NCBI GenBank assembly: GCA_016706685.1
Contig: JADJJE010000001.1
Span: 449,575-513,574 of the forward strand
Reading direction: 5' to 3'
DNA: 64,000 bases
Source: Sandaracinaceae bacterium
Lineage (GTDB): Bacteria; Myxococcota_A; Polyangia; Polyangiales; Houyiibacteriaceae
Positions 46,823-55,157 of the stretch are shown here, piece after piece. Positions within the stretch are counted from its first letter, which is position 1. The number at the start of each line of letters is the position of its first letter. The translations under genes and the position numbers were made by a program. The notes under the pieces are model-generated. The model worked only from the letters and a program-made list of their open reading frames with translations, had not been told where the DNA came from and made no database searches.

Positions 46823-48460
46823 TCAGCCTGCGGGCAGCTCCACCTTGAAGCCCTCTTGCTGCAGCAGGGACTTCATCAGCTGCTTGTCGTTGGACTTCAT
46901 GTAGGCCTCTTCGGGCGTGATGAGGTCGTTCTTCACGTGCTGCAGGAGGTGGTCGTTCATGGTCTGCATGCCCAGGTTGCGGCCGGTCTGCATGACGCTC
47001 TTGAGCTGCACCGTCTTGCCCTCGCGGATGAGGTTGGCCACGGCGCTGGTGCCGATGAGCACCTCGTAGGCCGCCACGCGCCCGCCGCCCTTCTTCTTGC
47101 AGAGCACCTGCGCGATGCAGCCGCGGAAGGACTCGCTCAGCATGATGCGAATCTGCTCCTGCTGGTCCGCCGGGAACTGGTCGATGATGCGGTCGATGGT
47201 GCTGGCGGCGCTGGTGGTGTGCAGCGTGCCGAACACGAGGTGACCCGTCTCCGCCGTCTCGATGGCGATGGCGATGGTCTCGAGGTCGCGCATCTCACCC
47301 ACCAACACGATGTCCGGGTCCTCACGCAGGGCGGCGCGCAGGGCACGCTTGAAGCCCGTGGTGTGCTGACCGATCTCGCGCTGGTTCACCAGACACTTCT
47401 TGTTCGGGTGCACGAACTCGATGGGGTCTTCGATGGTGATGATGTGGTCCGCGCGGTTCATGTTGATGAAGTCGATCAACGTGGACAGCGTGGTGGACTT
47501 GCCGCTGCCCGTCGGGCCCGTGACCACCACCAGGCCCTTGGTGAGCCAGCAGAGGTCCAGCACCTTGGGCGGTACGCCGATCTTCTCCACGGACAACAGC
47601 TCGAAGGGGATCTGACGGAAGACGGCGCCCACGCCATGACGGTCGCGGAAGACGTTGGCACGGAAGCGACAGAGGCCAGGGATGTTGTGCGCGAAGTCGG
47701 CGTCGTTGGTCTCCTCGTACTCCTTGCGGCTGCGCTCGGGGATGATCTCCTCGATCATCTTCGCGATCTCGTCGGACGAGTACGGCGCGCGGCGCTCGAG
47801 CGGGAGGATCTCGCCGTCCTTGCGGACCATGGGCACCACGCTGGCGGAGAGGTGGAGGTCGCTGGCGTCCACCATCTTCATCAAGCGGAGCAGGCGGTTG
47901 AGCTGGGGCTCACCCGGCTGCAGCGTGACGCTCAGGCCATCGGCTGCGGCGTGGTCGGGGATGCCGCCGTCGATGTAGCCCTTCCCAGCGTGGGGGTTTG
48001 CTCCGCTCGCGGCGGGGGCCGCAGCCGGAGCTCGCGGCGCAGGCGCGGCGGCTTCCGGGGCCCGCGCGGCGGCCGGCGCAGGGGCTCGCAGTGGCGCTTG
48101 CGCCTCGGCCGGGGGAAACGGAATGGACTCCACATCGGCAGGAGCCGTTCGGACTGCCCTCGCTGGCGAGATGAGCAGCGCCCACGCGGTGGGGCCCGCC
48201 GTGCGCACTTCGACCTGCACGCGCATGCCCGCCTCGGAGTCGTGCACGAAGGCGCAGCGCCCCTGCGACTGCAGCTCTTGCAGCGCTTGGGGCGGCGTGG
48301 CCTCGCGCACCATCTCCACGATCAGGTCGTGATCGATGGGCTTGTTGGACTGGCGATCGCCCGCGTCGAAGTGGAAGGTGACCGGCATCTCGGACACGAG
48401 GCGCACCCCGTTGGCCTGATGCTTCATGAGCTGCTGGACGTAGAAATCGATCCGTAACAT
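46823..48460 (-). CDS. PilT-family type IV pilus retraction-type ATPase with an N-terminal extension of about 200 aa
   Basis: ORF 46823..48490. Walker A GPTGSGKST, Walker B/Asp box DPDIVLVGEMRD, His box GHLVFGTLHT, and PilT-type AVANLIREGK. The start is uncertain: the ATG at 48490 shares a CATG with the divergent AI-2E gene start, so I prefer the Met at 48460. Confidence 0.85.
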   Translation of the reverse strand: MLRIDFYVQQLMKHQANGVRLVSEMPVTFHFDAGDRQSNKPIDHDLIVEMVREATPPQALQELQSQGRCAFVHDSEAGMRVQVEVRTAGPTAWALLISPARAVRTAPADVESIPFPPAEAQAPLRAPAPAAARAPEAAAPAPRAPAAAPAASGANPHAGKGYIDGGIPDHAAADGLSVTLQPGEPQLNRLLRLMKMVDASDLHLSASVVPMVRKDGEILPLERRAPYSSDEIAKMIEEIIPERSRKEYEETNDADFAHNIPGLCRFRANVFRDRHGVGAVFRQIPFELLSVEKIGVPPKVLDLCWLTKGLVVVTGPTGSGKSTTLSTLIDFINMNRADHIITIEDPIEFVHPNKKCLVNQREIGQHTTGFKRALRAALREDPDIVLVGEMRDLETIAIAIETAETGHLVFGTLHTTSAASTIDRIIDQFPADQQEQIRIMLSESFRGCIAQVLCKKKGGGRVAAYEVLIGTSAVANLIREGKTVQLKSVMQTGRNLGMQTMNDHLLQHVKNDLITPEEAYMKSNDKQLMKSLLQQEGFKVELPAG

Positions 48461-48488
48461 CGGGTCTGGACGGTACCATCGGTCCAGC

Positions 48489-49793
48489 ATGCCTCAGCGA
48501 AAAAATGCGCCGACACTACCCCGCGCGGTCTATGTGCTGCTGGGCATCCTGCTCGTCGGCTACGGCGTGTGGGTCCTGCGCACGGTGTTCACGCCGCTGT
48601 TCTTCGCGTTCTTCATCGCCTACATGCTGGACCCGCTGGTGGACCGCTTCGAAGCGCGCGGGCTGCCGCGCGGGGCGGGCATCGCCATCCTCCTGGGCGG
48701 CACGCTGCTGGCCATGACCATCGGGCTGCTGCTGGTGATGCCCGGCATCGTGCAGGAGTTCGTGGGGTTCGCGCAGGCGCTGCCGGCGAAGCTGCAAGAC
48801 TGGATGGCGCGCGCGGAGCCCGTTCTGCGGGACCTGGGCGTGCCGGTCCCCCACACCATCGACGAAGCGCTGGCCAGCTTCCAGGTGGACGCGCGCGAGG
48901 TGGCCAGCAACGCGGTCACGCCCGTCTCGTCAGCGCTGCGCTGGATCGTGGGTGGCACGGCCTCGGTGTTCAGCGCGGTGGCGGCCGGGCTGATGGTGCC
49001 CGTGTTCGCGTTCTACCTGCTCTACGACTTCGACCGCATCGTGGCCGCCGCAGGAGACCTGGTGCCCTATCGGCACCGCCACACCGTCTATCACATGGCG
49101 CGCGACGTGGACGACGTGCTGGGCCACTGGGTGCGCGGGCAGTTCCTGGTGATGATCGCGCTGGGTGCGCTCTACGCGCTGGTGTTCACGCTGGCCGGCG
49201 TGCCGCTAGCGATCCCCATCGGCATCCTGGCGGGCCTGCTGTCGTTCATTCCGTATGCCGGTGGCGCGCTGGGCCTCGGGCTGGCGCTGCTGACCTGCGC
49301 CGTGGAGGGCCGCATCTGGCCCAACATGGGCTACGTGGTGGTGGCCTTCGGCGTGGTGCAGCTGGTGGAGGGGTTCCTGATCACGCCCAAGCTGGTGGGC
49401 GACAAGGTGGGGCTGAGCGCCGTGGTGGTGCTGGTGGCGTTGATGGTGGGGAACGAACTGTTCGGCTTCCTGGGGGTGCTGATGGCGGTGCCGGGTGCGG
49501 CGGTGGCGAAGATCTTCGTGATGCGTGGCGCGGCGGCGTACCGCGCGAGCGCGATGTTCGGGACCCCGAGCGATGCGCCAGCGCCGGTGTCGCCGGTGGT
49601 GGCGGCCGTGCTGGCGGAGGGCGAGTCCGAATCCGAATCCGAGGCCGTGTCCGTGGCGGCGGCCGAGGCCGAGTCCGTGGCCGAGTCGGAGGCCGTGGCC
49701 GAGTCGGAGGCCGTGGCCGTGGCCGAGTCGGAGGCCGTGGCCGTGGCGGTGGCCGGTCGCGGAGGCCGTGGCCGGGAGCCGGAGGGGCGCTAG
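48489..49793 (+). CDS. AI-2E family (PerM/YhhT-like) transporter with a repetitive acidic C-terminal tail
   Basis: ORF 48489..49793. Polytopic protein with family-typical PLFFAFFIAYMLDPLV and FIPYAGG, PKLVG segments. The tail reads ...EGESESESEAVSVAAAEAESVAESEAVAESEAVAVAESEAVAVAVAG. Confidence 0.85.
   Translation: MPQRKNAPTLPRAVYVLLGILLVGYGVWVLRTVFTPLFFAFFIAYMLDPLVDRFEARGLPRGAGIAILLGGTLLAMTIGLLLVMPGIVQEFVGFAQALPAKLQDWMARAEPVLRDLGVPVPHTIDEALASFQVDAREVASNAVTPVSSALRWIVGGTASVFSAVAAGLMVPVFAFYLLYDFDRIVAAAGDLVPYRHRHTVYHMARDVDDVLGHWVRGQFLVMIALGALYALVFTLAGVPLAIPIGILAGLLSFIPYAGGALGLGLALLTCAVEGRIWPNMGYVVVAFGVVQLVEGFLITPKLVGDKVGLSAVVVLVALMVGNELFGFLGVLMAVPGAAVAKIFVMRGAAAYRASAMFGTPSDAPAPVSPVVAAVLAEGESESESEAVSVAAAEAESVAESEAVAESEAVAVAESEAVAVAVAGRGGRGREPEGR
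49620..49765 (+). repeat. In-frame tandem repeat (18-nt unit GCCGAGTCGGAGGCCGTG and GCCGTG sub-units)
   Basis: Identical 18-mers at 49680-49697, 49698-49715 and 49722-49739. They are flanked by degenerate GAGTCC/GAATCC and GCCGTG hexamers. The repeat encodes the (A/S)E(S)EAV tail of the AI-2E transporter. Confidence 0.8.
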
Positions 49794-50329
49794 GCGTCGA
49801 GGGGGGCGATCGGGAGCGGCAGCTTGGGGGCGCGGAAGCCCATGGCTATCCAGGCCGTGAGGAGCTTGACCATGAAGCGGGCGGACTGCGTGTTGGCGTT
49901 GGGGACGTCGGTGGGGAGCGAGGTGCCCGGCGGGAGGTCTTTCGTCATGGTGCGCAGCTGCAGCGGTGGGCGTGCGGCGGTGGGCCAGAGGTGTGCGTAG
50001 AGGCTCAGCCAGTGACCACCGGCGAACTCCAAGAAGACCGGGGTGTTGCAGCAGGTGGCCACCACACGGCGGGTGGGGGCATCTGGCGAGAGGCGGTGTT
50101 CTCGGAGGTCAGCGGTGCCGGCGGCCCAGCGGATGCGGTCCTTGCGGTACATGACGAAGGGCGTGGTGCCGTGCGCGCCGAGGATCTTGGGCGCGCCTGG
50201 GCGCTGCTCGAGGATGGCGGCCGCGGCGCGGCAGCTGGTGCAGCAGCACTCGACGCTGAGGATCGGTGGTCCTTCGACGTCGACGGCGAGCTGGCCGCAG
50301 GTGCACGTGAGGCGGGTGGTGTCCGTCAT
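49790..50329 (-). CDS. GFA/CENP-V-family Cys-rich (zinc-binding) protein
   Basis: ORF 49790..50638 trimmed to MTDTTRLTCTCGQLAVDV...ECCCTSCR...ATCCNTPV (ATG at 50329, overlapping the tetR stop as ATGA). The Cys pattern is typical of the glutathione-dependent formaldehyde-activating (GFA) fold. Confidence 0.65.
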   Translation of the reverse strand: MTDTTRLTCTCGQLAVDVEGPPILSVECCCTSCRAAAAILEQRPGAPKILGAHGTTPFVMYRKDRIRWAAGTADLREHRLSPDAPTRRVVATCCNTPVFLEFAGGHWLSLYAHLWPTAARPPLQLRTMTKDLPPGTSLPTDVPNANTQSARFMVKLLTAWIAMGFRAPKLPLPIAPLDA

Positions 50330-50967
50330 GGATGGGCTCCGGCCGATGCAGGGTGCGAGAACAGCAAGCGCAGGTAGCGCTCGAGGTGGTCCAGGCTCTC
50401 GCGCGCCAGCTCGGGATCGTGGGCGGCCTTGGCCACGACGAACGCCCCCTGGATGACCGCCTGGGTGTGGCGGGCGAGGCTCTGAGCGGACACGTGGTCC
50501 TGCATGCCGCACGCGATGAGCGCCGCTTGCATGTCGGGCGTGAGCGACTCGCTGTGGCCGAGGATGCTCTCGGCGCAGGCGCTGCGAATGGCGGGCGAGC
50601 TGTCGTACGTCTCTTGGACCAGCGTGCCCGCGAGGCACGTGAACTCGGAGAACGGACCGTCGACCAGCGCTCGGCGCAGCGCCACGTACGCCAGCACACG
50701 GTCACGCGGATCGGCGACGGCGTGATAGCCCGCCTCCGCGAAGAGCTTCGACGTCGACTCTTGCCAGGCGCGCGCGGCGGCGACTCCCAGCGCCTCCTTG
50801 GACGCGAAGTGATGGAAGAACGCTCCCTTGGTGACGTGGGCCGCACCGCACAGGTCATCCACGCTCGTCGCGGCATAGCCCTTGGCACGAATCAGGTGCC
50901 GCGCCGCTTCCAGCAAGCGCTGTCGTGCGTCGCCGAGCTCGGGCTTGCTCTTGGTGGGCCGTCCCAT
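50326..50967 (-). CDS. TetR-family transcriptional regulator
   Basis: ORF 50326..51003 trimmed to MGRPTKSKPELGDARQRLLEAARHLIRAKGYAATSVDDLCGAAHVTKGAFFHHFASKEAL (HTH). The upstream 12 codons of the ORF are occupied by a palindrome and promoter. Confidence 0.85.
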   Translation of the reverse strand: MGRPTKSKPELGDARQRLLEAARHLIRAKGYAATSVDDLCGAAHVTKGAFFHHFASKEALGVAAARAWQESTSKLFAEAGYHAVADPRDRVLAYVALRRALVDGPFSEFTCLAGTLVQETYDSSPAIRSACAESILGHSESLTPDMQAALIACGMQDHVSAQSLARHTQAVIQGAFVVAKAAHDPELARESLDHLERYLRLLFSHPASAGAHP

Positions 50968-50970
50968 GGC

Positions 50971-51003
50971 CGCATACATACCATTTGGTTTGTATGCGAT
51001 CAA
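50971..51003 (-). promoter_or_regulatory. Near-perfect 28-bp palindrome (candidate TetR operator) overlapping a sigma70-like promoter for a leaderless tetR mRNA
   Basis: Plus strand 50971-50998 reads CGCATACAtACCAttTGGTtTGTATGCG, with 24 of 28 positions self-complementary. The minus strand reads TTGATC (51003-50998), a 17-nt spacer, TATGTA (50980-50975), 7 nt, then ATG (50967). It is a locally AT-rich 40-bp gap between the GMC stop and the tetR start. Confidence 0.5.
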
Positions 51004-51007
51004 GCCA

Positions 51008-53470
51008 TCAGCGGCCGCTCGCGAGAGCCGTGATGCGGGCGCGGCGGGCGCGGAATCGGAACGTGGCGAGCCACGGGAGGAAGTCTCTCAGCCAGAAGCG
51101 GAGCGTGCCGGTGGCGACGGGGACGCCGGTGTCCGCACGCGCGATCTCGGTGCGCAGCGTGGTCATGCCGCTCAACACCGTGGTGGGCGAGACGCTCTTC
51201 TGCCCGTGTAGGTGGTAGCGCGCGCCGTCGTCGCCCGTGAAGTCGAGGTCGTAGACCAGCGTGCCGATACGCTTCTTCGGGAACATGCGGAGGGTGCCGG
51301 TGCAGGGGCGCTCCGTGGCGAGCCCCGCGATGGTGGCCGTTCCGTCGAGGGCGAGGCAGCCGCCCTCGGCATCTCGCAAGCGGCGGAAGAACTGCTGCTT
51401 GTCGGGGGCGGAGCAGCGCACGGTGAACGCCGCGTCGCTCGGTGTGCCCGCGCCCGCGAAGGTGCACGTCCCGCTCATGGTCTCGGTGAACTCCACCTCG
51501 GGCAGGGCCACGCGCACGATGCGCGGCTCCACCCCGCGCTCGATGCGCCGCTCCACGAAGCCGGCGGCGCGCTCGCTCATGGCCATGATGGTCACCTGCG
51601 GGTTCACGCCCAGCGGCCCGTTCACCGTGGAGCCATCCACCACGAAGAGCCCCGACACGTCGTGCGTCTCGTTGCTGCCCGAGACCACCGAGCGACGTGG
51701 ATCGCTGCCCATGCGGCAGGTCCCGAGCGGGTGGTACGCCGAGAGGTCCAGCCGGTGCGCGCCGATCGAGTCCGACATGGCCTCGAGCGCCTCCACGTCC
51801 TTGACGGAGCGCAGCGAGTCCACGCCTTGGACGCTGGGCAGCACCTCACGCGCGCCCGCCGCGAGGAACAGACGCGACAGCAGCGCCTGCCCGCGCAGCA
51901 TCCGGCGCCGGTCGTAGTCGTTCATCACGTACAGGATCTGAGGCTTGCCCTGGGGGCCAAGCACCACGCGGCCGCGCGACGAGTCCGCGATCATGTACCC
52001 AAAGGTGGCCACGTGATCGTAGCGGTCCACGAACTCGGTCCAGCGCGCGCCGATGGCGGGCAGCGTGGGCGCTGCGATGTCGATGGGCAGTGACGCGCCC
52101 TCGAAGCGGATGCCTTCGCTCGCGAACTCGTCCACGCCATAGCCCTGCGGCACGCCCTCCCAGCCGCGCACCTCCTCGTCGAAGAAGGCGTGGACCGAGC
52201 CGGCGGGGTGCACCGTGAGCCCGTGGCCCACGAGCCCGCTCGAGTTGGCGAGGCCCAGCTTCAAGAGCAGCGCGGGCGTGTGGAGCGCGCCGCCCGACAG
52301 CACCACGCTCTTCGCGAGCACACGCACCCTGCCCTCGTTCCCGTGCGTGGCACGGGCCACTACGCCCACGGCGCGCCCGCTGGCCAGCAGCACCTCTTCG
52401 ACGCGGGCGTGGTGCACCAGCATGGCGCCCTTCTGCAGGGCCGCCGGCACGTAGCTCACGTTGGTGGAGCGCTTCGCGTCCGTCGGACAGCCGAAGCAGC
52501 ACACGCCCTGTCCGTCGCAGTCCGGCGCGTTGCGGTGCAGAGCCTCGTGCGACCAGCCCAGCGCGTCGGCACCGCGCGCCACGATGTCGGCGATGGTGCC
52601 GAGGTGCTTCCGCTCGTTCGGCCCCACCTGCAGCATGGCCTCCACGCGCTCGAAGAACGGCGCCATGGTGGCCGGGTCCACGCCCGTGATGCCGTCCTCG
52701 AAGCGCCAGCGGCGCATGACGTCGGCAGGGGTCCGGAAGCACGTGCCGCTGTTGACCGTGGTGGTGCCCCCCACGCTCTTGCCGGTGGGCACCACGATGA
52801 CCGTGTTGCCGATGGACAGGTTCGAGTGCTGGAAGCGCATGGCGCGCTCGATGGGACGGCCACCGAAGCTGCGCCGATCGAGGAAGCCTCCCACCTCGAG
52901 CATGAGCACCGCGTGGCCGCGGCTCGCGAGCGCGTGGGCCAGCGGCGCGCCACCCGCGCCCGTGCCGACGATCACGGTGTCCACCTCGATGGTCTCGCCG
53001 TCGGGCAGCGTGCCGGCGTCCATCACGCGCTCGTCCCACGCGTGCTTCTCGGCCTGCACGGGCAAGACGTCGAGGCCGGTGCGACCGCCGAGCGCGGCCG
53101 GGAAGTCCGCGTGGATGACCTGCGCGATCTTGATGGGGGCCGTGGCGATGCGCACCATCGCGTGGGTTGCGACGGACCCCGCGATGGTGTCGATCGCTCG
53201 CAGCCGCGTGCGCACGTCGAGCTCACGCAGGCGCGCACCCGCTACGGGCACGGCAGCCAGGTCGAGCGCACGAAGCATGGCCACGTAGCCCACACCGGCG
53301 TCCGCGCCGATGCCATCCAGCACGCGCTCCACGTCGCGCACGGTGGTCTCGTCCGCAGCACGCACGCTGCGCCCCTCGGGCGTCACGGCCTCCGCGATGG
53401 CGCGGACGAGCGCGGCGTCGTCGGAGCCGAAGCGAAAGCCACGCGGATTCTTGGGGGAGCCGTCTGCCAT
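51008..53470 (-). CDS. GMC-family FAD oxidoreductase with N- and C-terminal extra domains (820 aa)
   Basis: ORF 51008..53470. FAD motif DTVIVGTGAGGAPLAHALASRGHAVLMLEVGG. GMC C-terminal region with HPLGTCRMG. GGAGG lies 5 nt upstream of the ATG. Confidence 0.85.
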   Translation of the reverse strand: MADGSPKNPRGFRFGSDDAALVRAIAEAVTPEGRSVRAADETTVRDVERVLDGIGADAGVGYVAMLRALDLAAVPVAGARLRELDVRTRLRAIDTIAGSVATHAMVRIATAPIKIAQVIHADFPAALGGRTGLDVLPVQAEKHAWDERVMDAGTLPDGETIEVDTVIVGTGAGGAPLAHALASRGHAVLMLEVGGFLDRRSFGGRPIERAMRFQHSNLSIGNTVIVVPTGKSVGGTTTVNSGTCFRTPADVMRRWRFEDGITGVDPATMAPFFERVEAMLQVGPNERKHLGTIADIVARGADALGWSHEALHRNAPDCDGQGVCCFGCPTDAKRSTNVSYVPAALQKGAMLVHHARVEEVLLASGRAVGVVARATHGNEGRVRVLAKSVVLSGGALHTPALLLKLGLANSSGLVGHGLTVHPAGSVHAFFDEEVRGWEGVPQGYGVDEFASEGIRFEGASLPIDIAAPTLPAIGARWTEFVDRYDHVATFGYMIADSSRGRVVLGPQGKPQILYVMNDYDRRRMLRGQALLSRLFLAAGAREVLPSVQGVDSLRSVKDVEALEAMSDSIGAHRLDLSAYHPLGTCRMGSDPRRSVVSGSNETHDVSGLFVVDGSTVNGPLGVNPQVTIMAMSERAAGFVERRIERGVEPRIVRVALPEVEFTETMSGTCTFAGAGTPSDAAFTVRCSAPDKQQFFRRLRDAEGGCLALDGTATIAGLATERPCTGTLRMFPKKRIGTLVYDLDFTGDDGARYHLHGQKSVSPTTVLSGMTTLRTEIARADTGVPVATGTLRFWLRDFLPWLATFRFRARRARITALASGR

Positions 53471-53578
53471 GTTGCCTCCGATTGCGGTTTCTCTCCGCTT
53501 GCTCTAATGTTGCGTCCGTTCAGTCATCTTTTCAAGTAGATCCATTCAGAGCGCGGCTGCGCGTATCCTGGGGGCACC

Positions 53579-54572
53579 ATGATTCGCTCGAATTTCAACG
53601 GCTTCCGCTATGAAGGCGGCAGCGCTGGCCACTACGAGAGCTACTTCCAGCGGGCCAACCACCCCACTCGCAAGCTGGCGTTCTGGATCCGCTACACGCT
53701 GTTCGCGCCGAAGGGCCGCCCGCGTGACGCGGTGGGTGAGCTGTGGGCCATCTACTTCGACGGCGAGCGGAAGCGCATCACGCCCGTGAAGGTGGTGGTC
53801 CCCTACTCGCGCTGCCTGTTCAGCTCGTGGGAGCTGAACGCGCGCATCGACGAGTCCACGCTCGACAGCCGATCTCTGCGAGGTGGCGCCGAGATCCTGG
53901 GCCACTCGCTCGCCTGGGACCTCGAGTACACTTCGTCCGAGGAGCCGCTCTTCCTCCTGCCGGAGCGCCTGTACGACGCGTCGTTCCCGAAGGCCAAGGC
54001 GCTGGTGGGCTCACCGCTCGCGCGGTTCACGGGCTCGCTGGTGGTGGACGGCGAGCGCATCGCCATCGACGACTGGGTGGGCAGCCAGAACCACAACTGG
54101 GGTTCAGAAGCACACCGACGAGTACGCGTGGGGGCAGGTAGCGGGCTTCGATGGGTCGCCGAACTCGTTCCTCGAGCTCTCGACGGCTCGCGTGCACCTC
54201 GGCCCGGTGAAGACGCCGTGGCTGAGCCCCATCGTGCTGCGCCACGAGGGCCAGCAGTACTGCTGGAACGCGCTGTCGATCGCGGTCCGCGCGAAGGCGA
54301 GCTACGACTTCTTCCGCTGGACCTTCGACTCGCATGCGTCGGGAGCGCGCATCCACGGGGTAATCGAAGCCGACGCGAGTGACTTCGTGGGCCTGCCCTA
54401 CGACAACCCCCCCGGTGGCCGGAAGACGTGTCTCAACTCGAAGGTGGCGCGCTGCAGCGTGACGCTCGAGCGACGCTCTGCGCCGACCGTGCAGCTCCAC
54501 ACCGCCGACCGTGCGGCCTTCGAGATCCTCACCACCCGAACCGACCACGGCGTGCCTGTCCTGGCGGTCTGA
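53579..54572 (+). pseudogene. Tocopherol-cyclase-like protein with a 1-nt frame disruption (pseudogene or sequencing indel)
   Basis: The N-terminal 176 codons are in ORF 53579..54382 (…GHYESYFQRANHPTRKLAFWIRYTLF…VGSQNHNWGS). The continuation KHTDEYAWGQVAGFDGSPNSFLEL…HGVPVLAV is in ORF 53883..54572. The switch is at 54104-54110 (GGT TCA G AAG CAC). The out-of-frame tails are Arg-rich junk. The family call rests on the EGWYF-like and NWG...W.W.Q-like motifs and is tentative. Confidence 0.55.
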
Positions 54573-54599
54573 GCGTTCACGACCGCCGCGCGAACAGGC

Positions 54600-55157
54600 C
54601 TATGGGCACGTGGTGGGCACGAGCCGCCGCACGAGCCCGCGCGCGACTGCCTCGCGCGGCTCGGCCAGCTGCAAGCTGACCCGGCTGGCCACCGAACGAG
54701 CCGCTGGGCTCCACGCGATCAACGGCAGGCCCGCAGTCACCGCGACCACCCCGCTCGAGTGCGCGCGAGCGGCGAAGTCGGTGCCCACCAAGACACGGAA
54801 CGCGCCGTGGTCTTGCTTGGTCCACGCTCGCAGCTGGGCGTCGACAGCAGCCGCGTCGGGGCCCACGCGGCCACCTCGATAGGCGCGTGCGCCTGCGTCC
54901 AAGAAGGGCGTCGCGCGGCTGTCGGCGTCGGCCTCGAAGGGGCCCTCGGAGCGCCTCAGCACGTGCACCACCACGGGCCGCGAGGCCGCCACGAAGGCCG
55001 TGACGAGCGCGAGGGCAAAGCGCGTGGGGGCGAGGTCCCCGCGACGCACACCCAGCACCACCAGCGCGGGCGCGTCGAAGGCGATGGCGTCAGGGATCTC
55101 GGCCAGCGCGCAGGGCGCGTCGCCGCGGCGTGGGTCCCCGATCTCGTTCAGCCTCAC
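54600..55157 (-). CDS. Hypothetical protein
   Basis: ORF 54600..55190 trimmed to the GTG at 55157, which overlaps the stop of the thioredoxin-rhodanese gene (GTGA). No family recognised. Confidence 0.45.
   Translation of the reverse strand: MRLNEIGDPRRGDAPCALAEIPDAIAFDAPALVVLGVRRGDLAPTRFALALVTAFVAASRPVVVHVLRRSEGPFEADADSRATPFLDAGARAYRGGRVGPDAAAVDAQLRAWTKQDHGAFRVLVGTDFAARAHSSGVVAVTAGLPLIAWSPAARSVASRVSLQLAEPREAVARGLVRRLVPTTCP

Noticed and set aside
48488-48491. Head-to-head CATG shared by the longest PilT-like ORF start (48490) and the AI-2E start (48489), considered as a real bidirectional overlapping-start arrangement.
   Set aside because: It would leave no room for either promoter or RBS. 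More likely the PilT-like gene starts at the next Met (48460), or one of the two starts is wrong. It is kept as a note inside the PilT finding.
49620-49765. Possible CRISPR-like or minisatellite array.
   Set aside because: The units are 6-18 nt, directly adjacent with no spacers, in frame inside the AI-2E transporter ORF, and no cas genes are nearby. It is a coding tandem repeat.
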